In this document: piece after piece, positions 61,001 through 64,000 of the stretch
Layout: each line of letters starts with the position of its first letter
How positions within the stretch are numbered: position 1 is the first letter of the stretch
From: Paragordius varius
Lineage: Eukaryota > Animalia > Nematomorpha
Reading direction: 5' to 3'
DNA: 64,000 nucleotides
Assembly (NCBI GenBank): GCA_964247055.1
Contig: OZ176053.1
Location: 3,720,001-3,784,000, forward strand
Translations under genes and position numbers: made by a program
Notes under the pieces: model-generated
Seen by the model: the letters and a program-made list of their open reading frames with translations, nothing else
The model's database searches: none
What the model was told of the DNA's origin: nothing

Positions 61001-62619
61001 TTTGAACTTATACTAAACTATTGAGCCTTATATTTGGTTTTTATAATAACATATATTTTAAATTATGTCTAGACAGCATTATGACCATAACTCAAGTTAA
61101 TATTATTTATTATTATTTGACTTTTCAAAAATCTAAAATTTTGACTCACCTATTTTTGTGTATCATAAAATTGTTTCTTGTAAATCCAAGAAACTAATTT
61201 AAATTTTTTGTATATACCATTTTTTAGCCATATATTGTATAAAATTTTTTGCTTTATATTGAATTTTCAATGCAAATGCGAAACAATATTTGTACATTTA
61301 TTGCATTTGTCCTTCTTATAGTCTTAAACTTTTAATTCTACGGATTATAAAAATACGTTATTGACTATATTTCAAAAATTTGGAAACGCCTTCCTCTATG
61401 TACATGTTTATGAAACTAGATAATAAATGCTAAAAAGTTTGGCGAAAAGCTCTCCCAAGAATCAGTCGGGTTTAAGATGTTATCAAGAATGGGTTGGAAA
61501 GGAGGAAATCTTGGAAAAAGTCCTAAATGTTTAGATGATAACGAAAATGCTAATGAGTTTGTTGAAAATCCTGATGTGCCAAATGCGAATTTTACGAGTA
61601 AACTTCTAAATTTGCCTGTTTTCGGCGATATTTAATAAATTCGTCTTTTACTCTTTTTATCTATTTATCATATAATTTATTGGTTATATTATATAATATT
61701 TTTTCTAAATATGAGCTAATATATATTTGTTTTTTTATGGAAGTTTTTCATTGGTAAAGAATGAATGAAAATCACTTATAAAAATTTTACTTTTTATAAG
61801 GTAGTTATTATTTAAATACTATATTATTCATGGTGATTATGATTAGATGTTTTGGAGAGAGTTTTGCACAGTACTCACACACTTAATTTTCATGGTGTTG
61901 AGAACAATACAAATGATTATAAAAAAGCCCTAAAATCTATCATCAGAAGGAACTTTATCTCTTATTCTCAATGGCTATTTGATCCAAATTTAAATCATCA
62001 TCTGCGTGTAGACAGGGATTACAATGATATTAATAACATTATAGAAACTAAAAATTCATTTTTTAATCCAGAAAATCCTGATGAATCTTGTCTCATTGAC
62101 TATAATTTTGATGCGCTAATTTTTGATGAAACTTTGACTCCCGAGATTAGAGTATGTAAACAATTTTAGAAAATTCTTGATGTTAAAATTTCAAATATAT
62201 ACTTTTAAGATTTACCTAAAGTCAATTACATATAAATTTAGTGTTTTCATAAGTTGTACTTTAAAATTGTATAGTTGCATGTATCAATCATTTCTTATAC
62301 ATCCTTATTTTTTTCATAATCAATTTTTATTTGATAGAAAATTATACATGATTATTCTCGTAAAAATGGCCTCATTAGCGAATCATATACAAAAAATGAT
62401 GATAATACTATATCAAAAAAGAAGAAACACAAAAACGATATACGTATTTTAGTAATCAAACCATTTGCATATAACGACATGTTAATATTTTTAGTACATG
62501 TTCGACTTGGGAAATTATTGCGTGAATCTGAAAAGGATGCTTCTAAAAAATCTGAATTTGATTTTTTATTACGATATTACAAAATGTTTAAAATATTTGA
62601 TAAAGCTATATATGTATGA
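58031..62619 (+). CDS. NKRF: NF-kappa-B-repressing factor-like nucleolar protein (XTBD + dsRBD-like + G-patch + R3H), 9 exons, ~494 aa
   Basis: Exons 58031-58191, 58216-58271, 58314-58515, 58541-58651, 58679-58808, 58835-58894, 61420-61597, 61847-62151, 62338-62619, phases consistent. XTBD: YRDQNESSSEWNYRKSFL...LICLSKIYSNMKYLGCSY; G-patch VGFKMLSRMGWKGGNLGKS; R3H FDETLTPEIRKIIHDYSRKNGLISESY. The 3' end could splice on to ~62816. Confidence 0.87.
59064..59427 (+). repeat. Two-copy direct repeat (~165-180 nt units) in NKRF intron 6
   Basis: agtagggctta...gttatgga...actcatg-ctattaattt...aaccaggtgtagtcaaaa at 59064-59228 and 59248-59427. Confidence 0.85.
59480..61032 (-). mobile_element. Truncated LTR retrotransposon (Ty3/gypsy-like): 5' LTR, PBS and decayed gag-like region, antisense within NKRF intron 6
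   Basis: Candidate LTR 60869-61032 (GTAAGG...CCTTATA, AATAAA on minus strand) followed directly by PBS TGGCGACGA; GC-elevated, stop-ridden reading frames (LDDVVIPEVD, ISNFVSEIEYLRHLF, TFETWFRKL). The gag identity is inference. Confidence 0.65.
60838..60868 (-). promoter_or_regulatory. Primer-binding site complementary to the 3' end of tRNA-Ser(GCU), including CCA
   Basis: Plus strand CGCGTGGGTTCGGATCCCTTTTTCGTCGCCA matches the T-arm, acceptor stem and CCA of eukaryotic tRNA-Ser(GCU) (recalled ...CGCGTGGGTTCGAATCCCAYCCTCGTCG-CCA). Confidence 0.75.
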
Positions 62620-62982
62620 AATAAATTTATGCTATATTATGCTAAATATTTTTATAGACACTATCAAAGAATGATTATCACGGATGGGTTGGGATAAAAT
62701 TCCCAATTAATCCAATTGATATTTGTAATATAAATTTTTTTATATATAATATGATAATAGGCCAGTTTGAAATTATACTTGCCCTTATAGGCGCATTACA
62801 CAAAAAATATTTTTGATATTGGATTGTAAAAAAAATTTTCATATATACTTTTAGCCACCAAATTTTTTGATTTTTATAAAGAGCTTTAAAACTGGCAATT
62901 TTATGATTAAACAATAAAATTAACTTTTAAACAATGGGTCTTACCAATAAATTAAATGGGTTAAATAAAGTTTTTGTTTTAG

Positions 62983-63501
62983 CACTTAGATTTAAATTGG
63001 GGTATTTAGTAACCCCTAGACTAATATTCTAAAAAAAAACTACTGAAAAAAACGCTTTCGATTTGGAACTATGCTTCTATCCTAAAAAAATTATATAAAT
63101 AAGTAAAAATATCTAAATAAATTTAATATTAAAAAAACTACTTTGACGTCATTTTTAATTTAAAACATTTATTGAAAAAATCGTATTTATTTGATTCTAA
63201 CGCTTAAATTAAAGCTAATTTTTTAAATAACTAATAGCATTGATATAAGCATAGTGGTTAATTTTGCCTTATTTTGTGTCTAACTAATGCACACATGTCA
63301 TATGTTCTAAATTACCTTGAGAATTATCCATAAAAAAAGTAATATTAAATTATTTTAAATGAATCTTTAAATGTTAAGTTAGTGCAAACTATTGCAATAA
63401 TTTAAATTTGTTTTATATAAGTATTTGATATTAAGAGGCTTGGGCGTCTTAAGGCCTCAATTTGAATCGGAGGACTGAAATGTATATGTTGTATCTAAGT
63501 G
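62983..63501 (+). mobile_element. piggyBac-like MITE family C
   Basis: TTAG|CACTTAGATTTAAATTGGGGTA ... CAATTTGAATCGGAGGACTGAAATG...CTAAGTG|TTAA. Confidence 0.75.
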
Positions 63502-64000
63502 TTAAGTGCAATATAACGACAAATAATTAGCCTCATGCAGATACTTATACAATAAATCGATTGACCAATGTTTGCGCGTTATACCAAAATATTTTAATAC
63601 CATTTTTTACAAAATGGGCATATTTGGATATTAACCAATATTTGGCAATATGTTTTACCGTATTTTTTAAATCTATTAATCACACTTAAAATTTTTGAAT
63701 TAATATTTCTGAGTGGAAAAAAATTTATCCATGCAAGGCTATTTTTAAGACCGCATGCCCATGGGCCGCGATTTGAGTATCACTGAAAAGGTTTTAGTAT
63801 ATTTTGACCGAAATTTTATGAATTAATTTCATATTAGCGGTTTTTTCAATGAACTGTAAAAGTTGTTTTTATATTTTAGTCAATTATTTTTACTATATTT
63901 TCATAAATATAGAAACAGTTCAAAATGTCTTGCTTTTATATACCATGAAATAAAATGGTAAACATCTTAATATAAAGACAAAATCAAATAATGACTATTA

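Noticed and set aside
62152-62169. 18-nt intron candidate after NKRF exon 8
   Set aside because: It leads to a stop after 12 codons, whereas the acceptor at 62337 completes the R3H motif.
1515-62619. Alternative genetic code (ciliate-like, suggested by tiny introns)
   Set aside because: All reconstructed genes translate fully with the standard code and end in TAA, TAG or TGA.

Overview
Very AT-rich eukaryotic nuclear DNA read with the standard genetic code, most likely from an animal (TMEM35/NACHO, an NKRF with an XRN2-binding domain and CMTM-like MARVEL genes point to Metazoa; 22-30 nt GT-AG introns would fit a reduced parasite such as a myxozoan or dicyemid, but that placement is unverified inference). 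Spliced genes reconstructed by hand with consistent exon phases: CCT6 (-, 14 exons), NDUFA9 (-, 7), TMEM35/NACHO (+, 3), two head-to-head MARVEL-domain paralogs, GTPBP4/NOG1 (+, 16) and NKRF (+, 9). There are also two intronless ORFs: an orphan tail-anchored protein and a JHAMT-like methyltransferase. Intergenic DNA and long introns are full of non-autonomous transposons: piggyBac-like and hAT MITEs, foldback-like elements, one hAT with a perfect 8-bp TSD and dead transposase, two Helitrons each nested in a hAT, and an LTR remnant whose primer-binding site matches 31 nt of tRNA-Ser. Best leads: a hammerhead-ribozyme repeat family (retrozyme/Penelope-like, 32195-32298 and 11522-11610); miniature introns concentrated at gene 5' ends; and piggyBac-like MITE right ends lying 125-340 nt upstream of four start codons. 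All alignments were done by eye, so repeat boundaries without a stated TIR or TSD are approximate.
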